A DNA stretch of 64,000 bases from Lingula anatina (taxonomy: Eukaryota; Animalia; Brachiopoda), in NCBI GenBank assembly GCA_051362555.1, contig CM120640.1:6510001-6574000 (forward strand), in the 5' to 3' direction. A program made the translations under genes and the position numbers. The first letter of the stretch is position 1. The number at the start of each line of letters is the position of its first letter. The notes beneath the pieces are model-generated. The model did not search any database, was not told the DNA's origin, and was given only the letters and a program-made list of their open reading frames with translations. Shown one piece after another: positions 10,940 to 24,136 of this stretch.

Positions 10940-12462
10940 TTATGCCCATCCTTGTGTAGGCTGATCCTTGGGTTTGCGTTCACCAAAGGCAGATTTCCCT
11001 CTGGCAGTTTTTGGTCGAACTGTGCTCAAATCACCGCCTGATTCGGTAAAACGCGATTCGCATTCGGCAATCATTCCCTGGGCCTGTAATAAACATCATT
11101 TTAGTGTTTTGTTATACTCATGTTAAAAAGTAATTTATTTCTTCATTATTAAAAGGTATGAAGGCTATAGTTACTTCCGTAGTATGACAACTTCAATAAT
11201 ACGTATTTTAGAAACAAACTAACCAATATTGCTCCCCTTCTACTGCTCAAACATGCGATTTACGTGACTTGGCAAAGTACAATAGAATAATAATCAGTTG
11301 TGTATAAAAGTAATTTTTATGTAGCTGTACATTGTGGATGGTTGTGATAAATACGCACCCAAACATAAAATGTGGCCGCCCCGGCGCTCACATCATGTAC
11401 TTCCTCCTTGCTGAATCTAGCCATTATCTCCTTGGCTCGCAAGGCAACATCGACTGCAAGTTTCTCAACGTTAAACTGAGAAACCTTCCGTTTCAAGCTT
11501 TCTCTACCAGTTTTGCCCATAAATGCTTGTACAGACCGCCATTCCTATAAAATAGATCAATTTGGAGACTGCCATTAATTACATTCCACACTGAGTGACT
11601 AAAATTGAAACCTTTTTTAATTTGGCAAGTTTTTAAAAATGACTTTAAGCAAAATTAAAAGAAAATGTTTTCTTGTGCTTCATGTAAAGCATTTTCTCAG
11701 AGATATCTGCACAGATAAAAATATTATTTATAAATCACAGTAAATCACTTACCTTCACTTGGTCTTCTGTTAACCCAAGCAAAAGGTACGATGCCGCCAT
11801 GACTTGATGAACAGCATCCGGCGGATTGGAATAACTGCGTATCTCAGCTATGGTCTTTTGGTCCAAATTCAGGATATCATGGCGCAGTTTTTCAATGTGT
11901 CTTAGGTGTTCTAGGACACGTTTGGCGTAAGCAAGCTCAAGGTTTAAGCTCTTGTTGTAGTTGGCAGCCTCTCCAGCTTCTATGGCCCTCTCTAACACAT
12001 CCACTTCACGAACAGACATTGCTGTCACAAGATCTGCAAATGAGCAAAAGCGAACAAAAATTAGATTTTGCCTCTATTCTCATTCAACTACCTTTATATT
12101 CATAAAGCAATATTTTCATTTATGAAAATATTGCTTTATGAATATAAAGCAATATTTTCATTTATGAATTCATTGGCTGTACTCTATAAGATTAAACCTT
12201 AGTACATAAAAACAGCTAGATACAGCAAATATCTACAACCAATACCCAGTGCTTACATACGTCACCCTTCGTTACAACCATTGCGAAAAACTATTCCACT
12301 GCTTACTTGTATTTAATTTAGCCACTGAGCCGTACTACAAATTTGATTTTTACACGTGTAAAAATTCCATTACTGTATTAGTACAGGAAGATAACACACT
12401 CAAAGGAACAGTCTCTTTGGTGAACAAAATACATTTTAATAAACCTTATTTAGTTGCTAGGG

Positions 12463-12507
<45 letters not shown>

Positions 12508-15500
12508 TTAATGAGTAACGTGGCTTTGCAGACAAAATACGGGGAAATGATGCAGCTTCTAAAACACTCACCCGATTTCGCCTTCAGCAGCATCAGCATT
12601 TTCTTTGCCTTTTCCAGGTTATTCTTATTATCAGGAAAACCACTATCCTCGAATTCTTTGATAGCTACGGCAAGTTCGTTAGGATCTTTGGATTCCATGG
12701 CTAACTTCAGCTTGCTATTCAACATTCGCCGCTTTTCGGCTGAATGAAAAAAAGGAGATATTTTAACAAAGATCTTAAAAATGTGTTATGAAAACTTCGT
12801 CATCATCTCAAACATACTTTTTTGATTGGTGTTTTTTTATTTGTGATTAATGCACGCTTCGACTGTAAGCTGTGGTTTACCATCTCTGATGAACTCGACA
12901 ACAACGGTTGACATAAATTAATAGGCTAGTTTGGTTTAATTTGACGGTGAAAGTGAACATCAATCAATGCAAATAAAACATTGTGCTGATGGGAAAGCAG
13001 AAAGAATGTTAATATACAAGGGAAAAGGGAAATCCCGGGGGTTAACGGAGTTTGGGGATTCGTGGGCTACGCCAAGTTTTTTTAATTGCGGCGTTTCCTA
13101 CCAAGGGCTTTCTTTGCTTCTTTTCGACGCTGTTTTTCTTGTTCTTCCCGTTTTTTCTCTTCCTCCAGCTCTCGAAGTTTTCTTTCATCTTCCTCCGATA
13201 AAAACGGAGTAGTCTGGGGAACTGATCTGTCCTCTTGTACATTTTCAGTTTTGCCTACGTCATTTGGTGGCAACTCCATAAGGGGAATAGTTTCAATGTC
13301 TGGGTCATCGTTATGAGAACAGTGCAGTTCCTCGTTAGCTGCTAGTGGAATTAGTGGAATGAGCAAACAGAGTAGATGCGTAATAAGAAATAATAAAATT
13401 AATAAAACTTTTAAAGTAAAAAGTTAGGAAGTGAGATAAAAGATAATTAGTACAGAACACTCAAATTAAGAAAAAATAGGTAATCAAAACCTAAAAATGT
13501 TCTACTTGCAAAATTCATTGTCTACAAATCGGAGAAGAATTGCTATGTTAAATGAACAAAGTAGTAATTTGTTCTTCAATCAAGAGCTGATATTGAAATC
13601 AAATTATTGAAGGTGAACAATTCCAATATTAGTTGTTGATTGAAGAATAAAAATACTATTTTATTCTTATTTCAAGATAAAATTATTAAGAATCAAAATA
13701 ACTGAAAAATTAAGCCAAATAATTACACTCATATTAGAAGATATCAGATAATTGAACGTAGGAAGATAATGACTGAATCATAATTATAAAAAGAAACGAA
13801 AGCCGAAATGAATGTTTGCAGCAATTGCAGGTTAATGGGAGAGATGTGCAGGTGAACAAAGGTCAGCAACTAGGAAAATTTAAAACATACCAAGTTTTTT
13901 CTCCTCCTCTAATTTCTTCTTTTCTTCTGCTGACATTTGATTTGTGACAGGAGGCGGCTCCTCTGACTGTTCTGATATCTGTGGAAACAAATTACCACAC
14001 AAATTATGATATATATCCAGTAAACATGCAGACAATCATACGTATAAAACAAACACCATCAATAAGGAGGCATTCACCCATTCTATTAAAAGTAATTTAA
14101 CTGATATATTTTTGTTCCGATGTGGTAAATGGAAAAGAATATTAAACTGAATACAACTTACCCGTGATTCTAATTCATCCTTGTCGGATGATTGTTCCCC
14201 ATAACCTGGCTTGTCTTCTTGACTTACGACAATGACGGGAGCCGAAGCCATTGGCTCGCTGTACACGGTGTATGTGCCAAGATTGGACAGTGCCCCGCTT
14301 TCCGTGTGTTCAAACAAAGTCAGCAGGTACTCTCCTTCATCCGGGACTTCAATCCTCACGATGTACTCTCCACCATCCTCCCTCAGGGTCACTTGCTGTG
14401 TCTTGACAGGGTCGTTTGAGTTCTTCTTTTGGAGCTCAGCCATAAGGTTTTCAAATGATTTGGGCAGGCGGATTTCGACTGTACCCTTGTGGGTAACCTT
14501 AGGTTTGTCCACATCTGGCATTTCAGGCTTCTCATTCAGCCCCTTGTTGCTGACATCAGCGTCGCTTCGGTCAGCTTTTGAAATGATGAGATAGTTGTGG
14601 ACATTGTAGATGCGGTCCGGATCTTCCGTTCTGCGGGCGTAGATGCTCGCGGAGTACTCCCCAGCTTTAGGTAAGGTGATTTCCAAAGACGTCTCCCCGC
14701 CAGCATTTGGACCGGTCTTACGCAGGCAATTCTCAAAGGCACTATCATCTAAACCGGCTGAGTGAATTTCACAGAAAAGTTCAACTCCCTTGGGGGCTCG
14801 GAATTGAAGTGTGCACTGACCGTCGTCGGTTTCTATGAGTCCTCCAGGGTAATTAAGAGGGACAACTCCCAATTTACTTGCAAAGTTCCCTTTCCCCAAA
14901 GCTCCGTTATGAACATGTGGATAAGGTTCGTTTTTCACTTTGTCGTTTAAGCAGCGTATGAGGTAATTGCAGACGTTTGGAATATCTCCTTCGTCGTTCC
15001 GATCATTTGCGAACAGTTTCAGTGCGTATTCACCTTTCTTCGGTAGGCGCACCGTGACGAAGGCCTCACCATTTTCAACGCGACTGATCACAAAATTTTC
15101 CAAGACTTTCTCGTCCATTTTGTTACTCAGCAGACTTTGGAGCAGGGACACATCTTTTTTCAGCCTGAATTTCATTTCAACACATCCATCTTCCGTCTCG
15201 ACAAGCCCGCAGTCATGTGTCAGTGGAGTCATGCCTGCGTCCTCGGTCTCGGCGCCTGGTCCCCAACCAATGACTGGGTTATCGGGCAGGGGTTCCACAT
15301 TGCGTTTGGGTTCCGGGCATTCGATCACGTAGGCACAACACAAGTCAAGGCTATCGTGTTTAGTGATGTCCTGTCCAAATATATCCAACCTGAAGGTACC
15401 TGCCACGGGGAATCTGATATTGTAGTTCAGAGTTTTCCCTTGTCGTGTGTAAAACACAAATCGATCCATTTGTCCTCCTGCCACAGAGCCTCCCGCCTTG

Positions 15501-17218
15501 CGATACAACATGTACCTAAACTTTACGTTTATGGCATCCAATGCAGGGAGTTCAAAGGGAATATCTATTTCACCATTGTTGGACTTCACCATACAGGTCT
15601 TGAGGCTGTTCGGTGCTAGTTTCAGTCCAAGATTCCAGAACATCTCCCTAGCATACATACTTTGGCCGAATTCATCAACAGTGAGAGGCTTTTCAAGCAA
15701 TTGCCATTTTTGATCATTGGGGAAGTGAGTAAATATAAATTGATCTGGATCGGGCATAAAGTAAAATTCGTTTATTCGATGATGAGTTTCTCCTTCTTCA
15801 TCGCCCTCCTCGTAATCATCGCTATCATCGCTGACAATTTTACCATCTATGTCTAGAAGAGTCCACTCCTTGGACGTTCTACCGACAACACAAGAAGACG
15901 CCCAGAAGACGTCCATTAAACGCCATTCTCCGTCCACGTATACGGCGTTCCACTGGGCGGCCATTCGGCGTTTGTCCACGGGCCTGCCTATCTCGTACGC
16001 AGCACTCTTATTTATGCCATTGACAATGACACATGGCAACTGCGCTAGCCTGAAATATACATTATATATTTGTATTCACGATTTTTTTTTTGGAAAACAA
16101 TACATTCAGGGCTCTATAGTACTGTAGGGCTTCTCTAAACAAGTAAAGCCAGCTTATGGGCTCACAGGACACTTTAAATAAGCAACTTCCCCTCCCGAAA
16201 CAAGATTTAAGGAATAAAACTCACCGGCAAAGAGAGAAAAACAAATGAGCATGATTGCCCATATTCCATTTGATTTTCAGAAGATATTCCAATGGTGTTT
16301 TCTGTGGTGGCAGGCTGTCCATTCCCATTCCATGGATATCAATAGAGGCTATCCACTGAAATATTGCGCGCACTTTGGCTACGTCATTACTAGCGCCCTC
16401 TGTGAGGTACTGGATCAACTCTGGGAACGGCTTTACCATCAAGTCTTTTGGGGCCTGACATGTGAATGGAAAATCATATATCAAACATCAGAAACTTATT
16501 GAGGGTATAGTTTAGATATTGTTATCTGATTATGCTGCTGTAATTTGGAAGAATGATCATGGAACATCTCATTGTAATAGTTGTGCTTCTAGTTTTACTT
16601 TTCTTTTAACTATTTCCGGATGAAACCTTGCATGAAATAAGTACACGAAGAAGTTATTCTACTGTAAACCAACATCCCTTGAAATTTCTTTACCTTAAGA
16701 ACTTTTTTGTCTACATCTTTGAATAAAACCTTAGTGAAGACTTGCACTTTGCGCGTCACAGGGGGGCAAGGCGGAGGGATCTTGACGGATACTTTCTCGT
16801 TTTCTTCCTTTTGGTTTTCTGTATCCGCTCCGTTTATTCTAGCAGCTTTGTCGTCATTTTCAATCCCAGATCTAGAGCTGCTTGGACCATTGGTTTCCGA
16901 TGGCTACAAGAGTACACAAAAATATTTTTTCAGATTTACATTAATATGGTAAAATGTAGTTAAATGTAAAACATGGTTTTATTGTCTATGCCTCTCTGGG
17001 ACCTAGGACGAAGATGAACCAGTATCAGGATGCAAATAAATAGCAAAAAGCATTGAATAGGAGCTGAAGAAGATGAAAAGAATTTCATAGAAAGAAAACA
17101 CCAACATAATTGTAAAGTGGATGACTTTTTGGTTTTAATTAAAAACAAACAATGCCAAGACGTCTTTTACCTTTGGTCTCACAGCAGTTTTGTTGTTTGT
17201 AGACGCTCCGGAACCCAT
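10940..17218 (-). CDS. KY/hillarin/LTD-1-like inactive transglutaminase-fold protein with C-terminal dynein MTBD-like domain, copy B (about 1160 aa, full length)
   Basis: Exons 17218-17171, 16903-16694, 16454-16225, 16049-14162, 13978-13891, 13341-13102, 12739-12572, 12033-11753, 11544-11359, 11083-10940 (3483 nt, open). Same motifs as copy A, plus an extra 240-nt exon and a longer C-terminus. Confidence 0.88.
12464..12504. repeat. (TA)n microsatellite
   Basis: Seen directly; absent from the paralogous intron in copy A. Confidence 0.95.
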
Positions 17219-17892
17219 GACTTTGTTGTGTCAATCTGAAATTTAGAAAAAAAAACTATTTGAATAAAAATGAAGATGACGTATGTTTTATGTGAAAATC
17301 AGTCATTGGGCTGTCAAGATATCGGTGTCCTTATAAGTAACATCACATAGACCTGATAGAGACCGTCCATAAAATACACATCCACTTCCAAGAGATAATG
17401 GCTATTTACAAACGATAACTTTTGACTTAATTCAGTTATCTAAAAGGATTCCAGTGTTCTTGATTTTGGCTTTCAACAAACAAAAATGATTAAGCTTCAA
17501 AATGACTTTTTATAGCTTCTGTAGCTCGCCAGTGGTGACAGTCTCAGAAGCTGCAAATTAAAATTTCACGATTCTAATGAAGTCGCCAACACTCATTCAA
17601 ATATTAGAGAAGTTACTGTAAAATAAAAATAAAGACCATAACCATCGTAACCAAGGGTTGCATTGCATAAACGATAAGTACAGAAGTAAAGTAATAACAA
17701 GGGAAAATGTATGCAACTTGTGACATTTTGCACGTACATTTTTAATAAAATAGTTAAAAGATTGCGTCGAAAAGAAAGCAAAATGCCCTGATTTACCAGC
17801 ACCATTCCTTTGAGCTATGGTCATACAGAGCTGTAAACGAATGATTGATACATACTTCTGACGTCACCAACTGATTATCTTATTCAGCTATC

Positions 17893-17907
17893 GTTACTCA
17901 TGGTAAC
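17893..17907. promoter_or_regulatory. RFX X-box-like palindrome in the 5' intron of copy B
   Basis: GTTACTCATGGTAAC; degenerate or partly deleted in copy A (~7207-7221). Confidence 0.4.
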
Positions 17908-20900
17908 ATTTAAAATAGATTAGGTATCTAACGGACACACATAAAAGAATTGATCACAGTAAACAGACCTTTTTTCAATTGGCTTTATATTTAAAAGAAA
18001 CTTAATTTTCCTTTTTGTCATGTTTCAATGAAAATCCTTATCTTTAGTACGTTAAAAAGTTTACCCTGAACCAAGGAACATTACGTCTACCAAGGACTGC
18101 TTAATCAAGTTTACAAATCACAAATGACGCACGTGGACTTTATGTTTGAGGTCAGTTCCCATGACCACGTTGCTTTAGGTACTCGAAATTCAGAGCAATT
18201 TTCTGTCATATTACAAAATGTACTAAAAAAACTGTCGATGGCAGACTTTGTCATTATGAGTTATGTGTGGAATCGAATAAAGATGTTTGTCAAAACCAAA
18301 CAGTAGCATCTGTATAACAAATTAAACCAGGAAGAACTGTGTACACAGGCAACTGAGTTTTGTGGAACATTATTTGAGCGAATCGTTGACTAAATTTATT
18401 CATGTTATTGATAGACCTCTAGTTTCTTTGGTATCACTTCCTGTAACTTAAACCTTTTCTCCGTTAGTCGATCCAAGAATGTAATGAGGCTTAGGTGCCC
18501 CCTGCACGTACACCCAAGAATTGCTGCTATCTCCAGGCCACACTGTAATAGTACCTCGCTGTTTCAACTATCTTTTAAACTAGGTCTGATTTTTCAGTAA
18601 CCCAAAACGCAACCATATTTGCACATGTCACAGATACACTGTCAATCAAGCTATACTCAGTTAAGAGCTGTGCTCCCTGATCCTGTAAATACAGGAGCCA
18701 TTTGGAATTAATCGCCTCATATTCGTTGTGTAATAATGATACATTGTAATAAGGGAACATGGTCATAAAACTCACGGGTATTAACAAGTGTCCTGGCATT
18801 ATAGTACACACGTACCTTTACTGCCTCATATGACGTAATCGGTCATTTCATGTCGTTCACAAAAGAACTACTTTGGTTCAACGCCTACTTAAACATCATA
18901 TCAAGTAGATTCTTTACTGAAAAAAAACTAATACCTATTCCAGAAACTTCCCACATAACAATACAGTGAAGACGCTATTCTGGGCTTTATGTAGGACGCA
19001 TTCTTGGTAGGTACGTGCGTCCAGTTAATCGAAAGGTGTTAACAAGGCACAAATCAATGACCATCACATGTAATGAGATCAACTACTTACCAGCCGACTT
19101 ACTTTCTCGATCAATCCAAGTCAGGTATAAATACATCAAGGCACGGTCAGATGCCTCATTCCATCCTTCAAATTTATCTTCTCCTGCTTAGCACGAGTCA
19201 ACTGTTCACCTTAACCGTAAGTGTGTTATCTCTGTGTATCAGTTCAGCGGTCGGTGTGACACTGTTCGACGCGTTGTGAGAGACGTCACTCAGTGTAGAG
19301 ACTCCAGAGACTCATTGTTTTCTTACTGCTCCCCGGCCGTGCCGTTCTGTAAACATTCTACCTTCATGATTAATGCTGTCTCTTTGTGTACCTGCTGAAT
19401 GGACAATGGTTGCTACAACAATCGATACACAGTAGAGGTCGCGACTAAACGGGAAGAATAGGCACCCAAATGCATACTGTACTCGAGATCGTAATCTGTG
19501 AAGTCAATGGCTTCCCTTTTAAAAAATTTAATAAACGCACTAGTTTTTGCATATGTATGAAACTGACAGGCAACTAGTGCCACACGACCGTAACAGTATT
19601 TTAACATTCGTACCGTTTACCTTTTTGTTAGAACTCTGTCAGCATAACAGAAGGAACTAAAGTCGATCACATTGTGACTTCGCATGCGGGCGACTTTATG
19701 TTGACGACATTTTCTATTATTTTTAAAAGTTTTCTGATTTTTTAAAAAAGTGAACTAAGTACTGTTGAGACTATTACCTTTTACTGTCAACGTGCATATA
19801 TCCAGTAGTCAAAACAAATACCACAAATTGATGGTCACGCTTTACTTAAATATTTAATCATGTCAGGTACATCTCAGGTATGTACAAATCATGTCATGTT
19901 CATCGATTTGTGGGTGGCAATTATGTCTTTTTGAGTGATGGGAATATAACAACGTATTCATGTCAACAGAACTCAATAGTTGCCAGGACTTTGCAATTAT
20001 AATAAACTCATATGCGTAGGCACATGCAATCGAGCATTTACTGCAATTCTAGACTTGGTTCTAGATCTACGCCTATCACACTGGCATGGATCTGCCCGCG
20101 GAAAAATCTTTTTTTTTCTAAACTCGCGTCTGTAAGACTTTTATTTTATTGTTAAAACGAACGAAAAGGTAAAAACTTTTGCAAACGAAAAACTATTGTT
20201 AAAGGAGACCAAAACAATTAACGAGAAATTAAATTTCCTAAGGAAGCATAAATATTCCCTTTTCATTGTGTGAGAATTTCTTTTCTTATTATTATTATCG
20301 TTTTTCCTTTTTTTCTTCCCTTTTGTTTTACCCTCACTCCCTTTAACACAAGTATCACTAAGTTAATAGGCAAACTTGAGCAACCATATATGTAGTTAAG
20401 AAATATTCTCACGTGCAAGACGAAAAAAAACATGATGGCGAGGATAATTTCAAATAATATATTTTTTTTCTTGCAGTTGCATTTCTTCAGACGTTACAAC
20501 GAGATGAACACCTTTGTTCGGGATAGACACAAACTGTCCCAAAATGAGTTCTTGATAGGCCTACGACTCATGACAGCGTGTTATGTTTGTGAAATGCGCG
20601 AGAGAGTGATAATAGGCCCCGTGGACCATTAAATTTACTGTATTTTGCATCAGAAAACCTAGGCTCTGGTGAAGAAAGATCCGGCATGTTTGGAATCTTA
20701 GCATGTGTATACCAGATAAAACTAAATGGCAGCAATTTTAACAAGTAACCCGTGCATATATGAATTTAACAGGGTAAAAGTTCATCACAAGGGACGCCCT
20801 GCCATGTGACGAAGCAGACGGAATGGGACAGTAGTTATTTGTACCGTCACAAGTTTTCTCAGACTAATCAAACGTTAACTGTTTCACTCATGCAGTAATC

Positions 20901-21287
20901 AATACAAACCGATCGCCTAGTTACAACCGACTGATTAGATAATAATAATAATAAACAAGAGTTACGCAAGTAAGTTCTGACGCACTGGGTATCGTCTTAC
21001 CTGCACAATTTAACAGTGGCCCTGATTGTGTTAGTTGAGCCACACAATCCACTTTCGTTCAAAATTGTCTCTTCCTCATTACTGCATGTATTAAAACCAG
21101 AGAGAACTGAGAGCGCCCTTCCCAGTAGCATGTAGGTCATGATAGGTTGTGATAAGTTTATTGATTCACATGACACAATTCCAACACGCAGGTCGAGCAG
21201 TGATCATTATCAGTCTCCTCTGATCGACACTAAGAACGCTGTCGTACCTGGGGTAAGAGAAATACCTTCACATATCACCAGCACATT

Positions 21288-22935
21288 ATGTCTTCCTCGG
21301 GCGATCAGCCTTTAATGTCCACATCATTTGAATCTGACCAATTACCTGATGGTCTCAAGTGGTACACGGAACCCAAGACGTGGAAGACCAAAGCCAGAAA
21401 CAACAAAGGGTTACTTGCGATCACGGTAACGTATAATACTTCCTATTACTTATTAGACCTACTCAGCCTATTAAAATTAGTATAAACTCTATAAAATGTT
21501 AAAAAGCGTATTGAAAACAGCACTAGAGGGTGTTTATTTGGACTACACTACCCATTTGAACAAGGCCTTTTGTGCCATCATAAAATACATTATTAATATA
21601 CATGTATTTACTTTTTTATTTATTTATTTTAATAGTTAAAATTGATTTTTGCAATAATGATAATTATTGCTGTATTATAGTCATAATTTTGTTGCGTCAT
21701 TGGTATTTTATTTAATCAATTATGCTTTTTTTATAACTTTTCTTCTAGGACCCCAAAACAGACTTCTGGCAAAAGTAAGTCAATTTACTACTGTAACTTT
21801 AATTATTACTGCAAATAAATTTGTCTAAATAAATTAAATTTATGGCGCAAATTATCCAAGTTGTCATCTTGATATAGTGAATCAATTTGATTGTACGTTG
21901 ACCTGGTTATGTGATCTCTCTTTACATTATAGGACATACTATGAACCCCTGCTTGTGGCTGACAATGGACATTTTCTGTACCTTGATGTCAGTCAAGAGA
22001 AGGTTGTTATGGAAACAGAATTTGAAATAAAATCTAGTGACCAGTTTGACCAGGTAATACAATGTAGGCTATTCTAATTAGTGCTTCAAGAAATTCATAA
22101 CCATTCTGACAGTAATTATAATAATGATATGCTTTTTGTGACTGTTCATATTACTTTTGTTTCTACTTAAAGGGATAATAACTTCATTTTGGCCAAAAAA
22201 TAGATTTTTCTGAGGGAAATAACAATTACCCTATACCTACCAATGTTTTTTTAAATCTGTTCCTGCATTCAAAGTTTGTCCCTGGTTTTTTTCTTTAAAA
22301 AAATTTTTTTTTTTTTTTGGTAATAATCAATTAAGAGATTATTACAGAGGGGGGTGATGTGGTCTGGTAGCAAGTACAGATTCCAGAATAATTGCAATAA
22401 CTGCCATTTTGATGGTAATATAGAATTTTTTATTATACTTCTGTGAGTAATATATTTTACTTTTATTAGTTGTTTACAATTAATTTATTGTGAACTTATA
22501 TGGATCTCATACGAAGAGTTGTTATCCCTTGAAACTATGATGAGAATATATTGGTTTGATGCTAATTTTAATAATGTTTTATTAATTTTTCAAGTGTGGT
22601 CTCATGGTTCGTACAGACACTCTCCACTGGATCAAGTGTGTATGTACACTTTATTTACCATCACCCACACAAAATATAAAGTGTTTATGTTTGTGATTTG
22701 CATGAATCAGTCTGGTACCAGTTTTTTCATATTAAAGGTTGGTCCAGATGCGATTGCCTAAAACATGACAGTGGTAGTAATTGCATGAGTGACAGTAGAT
22801 ACATTTATGTACATTGATAATTTATACTGATACAACAGTAAAAATTGGTATCGAACACATATTGTTGCTGATCAATGCATCACCAGTTGATATGCCATGT
22901 TTCAATTTGAATTCAGTCAACAAATCAATTTTTTT

Positions 22936-22983
<48 letters not shown>

Positions 22984-23671
22984 TTGTTATAAATTTGCTG
23001 TCATTACTAGGGAATAGAATATGTAGATGGACATCCAGGACTTGGCTGTGTGGTGACCAATGACTTCAGTGATTGGTCAAAGCAGGACTGGCAGGGCAAC
23101 AGACTGTGCCTTAGATTGTACAGGCAAGGAAACTCATATGTGGTACATACATTTTAACATGATGCTTTTTGTTTCTTATAATTTAAATGATTGCTATTAA
23201 TGACAATTAATTAATTTGTATTCTAATAATAAGTTGCTGTTTATTATATGGCAGACAGTAAATACACCTGTTTTTTGTTGTTGGGTCTTAAAATACCAAA
23301 ACATTTCTTAATACTGAAATCTAGTAATATGATCTTAGTGATAAGAACCACCTTCTACTGCCACTGTCTACTCAGAATTCATTGCACACTTTTCTCTGCA
23401 GAGATGGAGCACAGAATTCTGGTTAGACTGATTAGAACGACTCTTTAACCTCAAAAATAAGTTTTTCATGGCTCTAACATTTCAGGTAGAAAGCAAGCTA
23501 CCTTCAGATTCAAACTGGAATTTTATACGCATCGCACATTTAGACCATGCTGCCACTGCTACAGTGCAAATGGGCTTGTACTTCTGTTCTCCAAAATCTG
23601 GAGGAGCAGAAATGTACTTCCCACACTTCAGTATGAGACCTACCAAAGGGCACTCGCATGGTGCAGACTGA
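21288..23671 (+). CDS. DUF1349 / Ree1-like concanavalin-A-fold protein (215 aa, 6 exons)
   Basis: Exons 21288-21425, 21749-21774, 21933-22053, 22595-22639, 23011-23142, 23486-23671 (648 nt, in phase). Motifs KTDFWQKTYY, DNGHF, FDQCGLMVR, WIKCGIEYVDG, VVTNDFSDWS, GLYFCSP. Confidence 0.88.
22942..22980. repeat. (TA)n microsatellite
   Basis: Seen directly. Confidence 0.95.
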
Positions 23672-23940
23672 TTCATTTTGTCAACTTTGACTGACTGAAT
23701 GATTTGATTATATCTGTTGGATGCACACTATTGAGTCTATGAGAATATATCTTAAACTTTGAGTGACTTTACACAAAAGTATGTCAGAGAAAAAAATTAT
23801 CTGGTGTGGAAACAGTTTGCTGGTACAGTAGTTCCTGACCACCACGCTATCAAGTTTTAATAATTCAGAAAAATACATACTATTAGATATAAGATTTAAC
23901 TAAATAAACATAGGAAAACATGAAAAAATTACGTAGATTA

Positions 23941-24136
23941 TAAGAATAAAGTATTTTTTCAATCAACAGCTAAATAGTGAAATAGTTTACCTAGAATATT
24001 TTGATGTCTAACAGAGCATTTTCATCAGGGAATGTAATGCGGCTTCTTATCAGGGGATATATATGCTTGAAATATTGGAGGTAAATTATTACAGTATTTA
24101 ACTGTTGATTGAAGATAAAAAAGTTATTTATTTCTA
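23941..24136. mobile_element. Second, unlinked copy of the inverted-dimer hammerhead-like element family
   Basis: Reverse complement of 23941-24030 (CCTGATGAAAATGCTCTGTTAGACATCAAAATATTCTAGGTAAACTATTTCAC...GCTGTTGATTGAA) aligns with 2960-3040. The right arm 24069-24136 reads GAAATATTGGAGGTAAA...CTGTTGATTGAAGA. Confidence 0.6.

Larger units (their letters stand above)
1..18505. repeat. Tandem segmental duplication: 1-~7840 is homologous to ~9449-18505
   Basis: Collinear exons, introns and flanks, e.g. GCGCAGCACGGACGGTCGGAA at ~202 and ~9608; AGGCTTAGGT at ~7821 and ~18487. The left boundary of copy A lies at or beyond the window start. Confidence 0.97.

Noticed and set aside
1-18505. Duplication as an uncollapsed-haplotype assembly artefact
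   Set aside because: Heavily diverged introns, copy-specific transposon insertion and exon loss fit true paralogues better. Read depth would be needed to exclude it fully.
18544-19416. Solo LTR (TGTA...TACA, TATAAATA at ~19126, GC-richer interior)
   Set aside because: No matching TSD, PBS or PPT found. It could be a non-coding exon or old repeat but cannot be supported.
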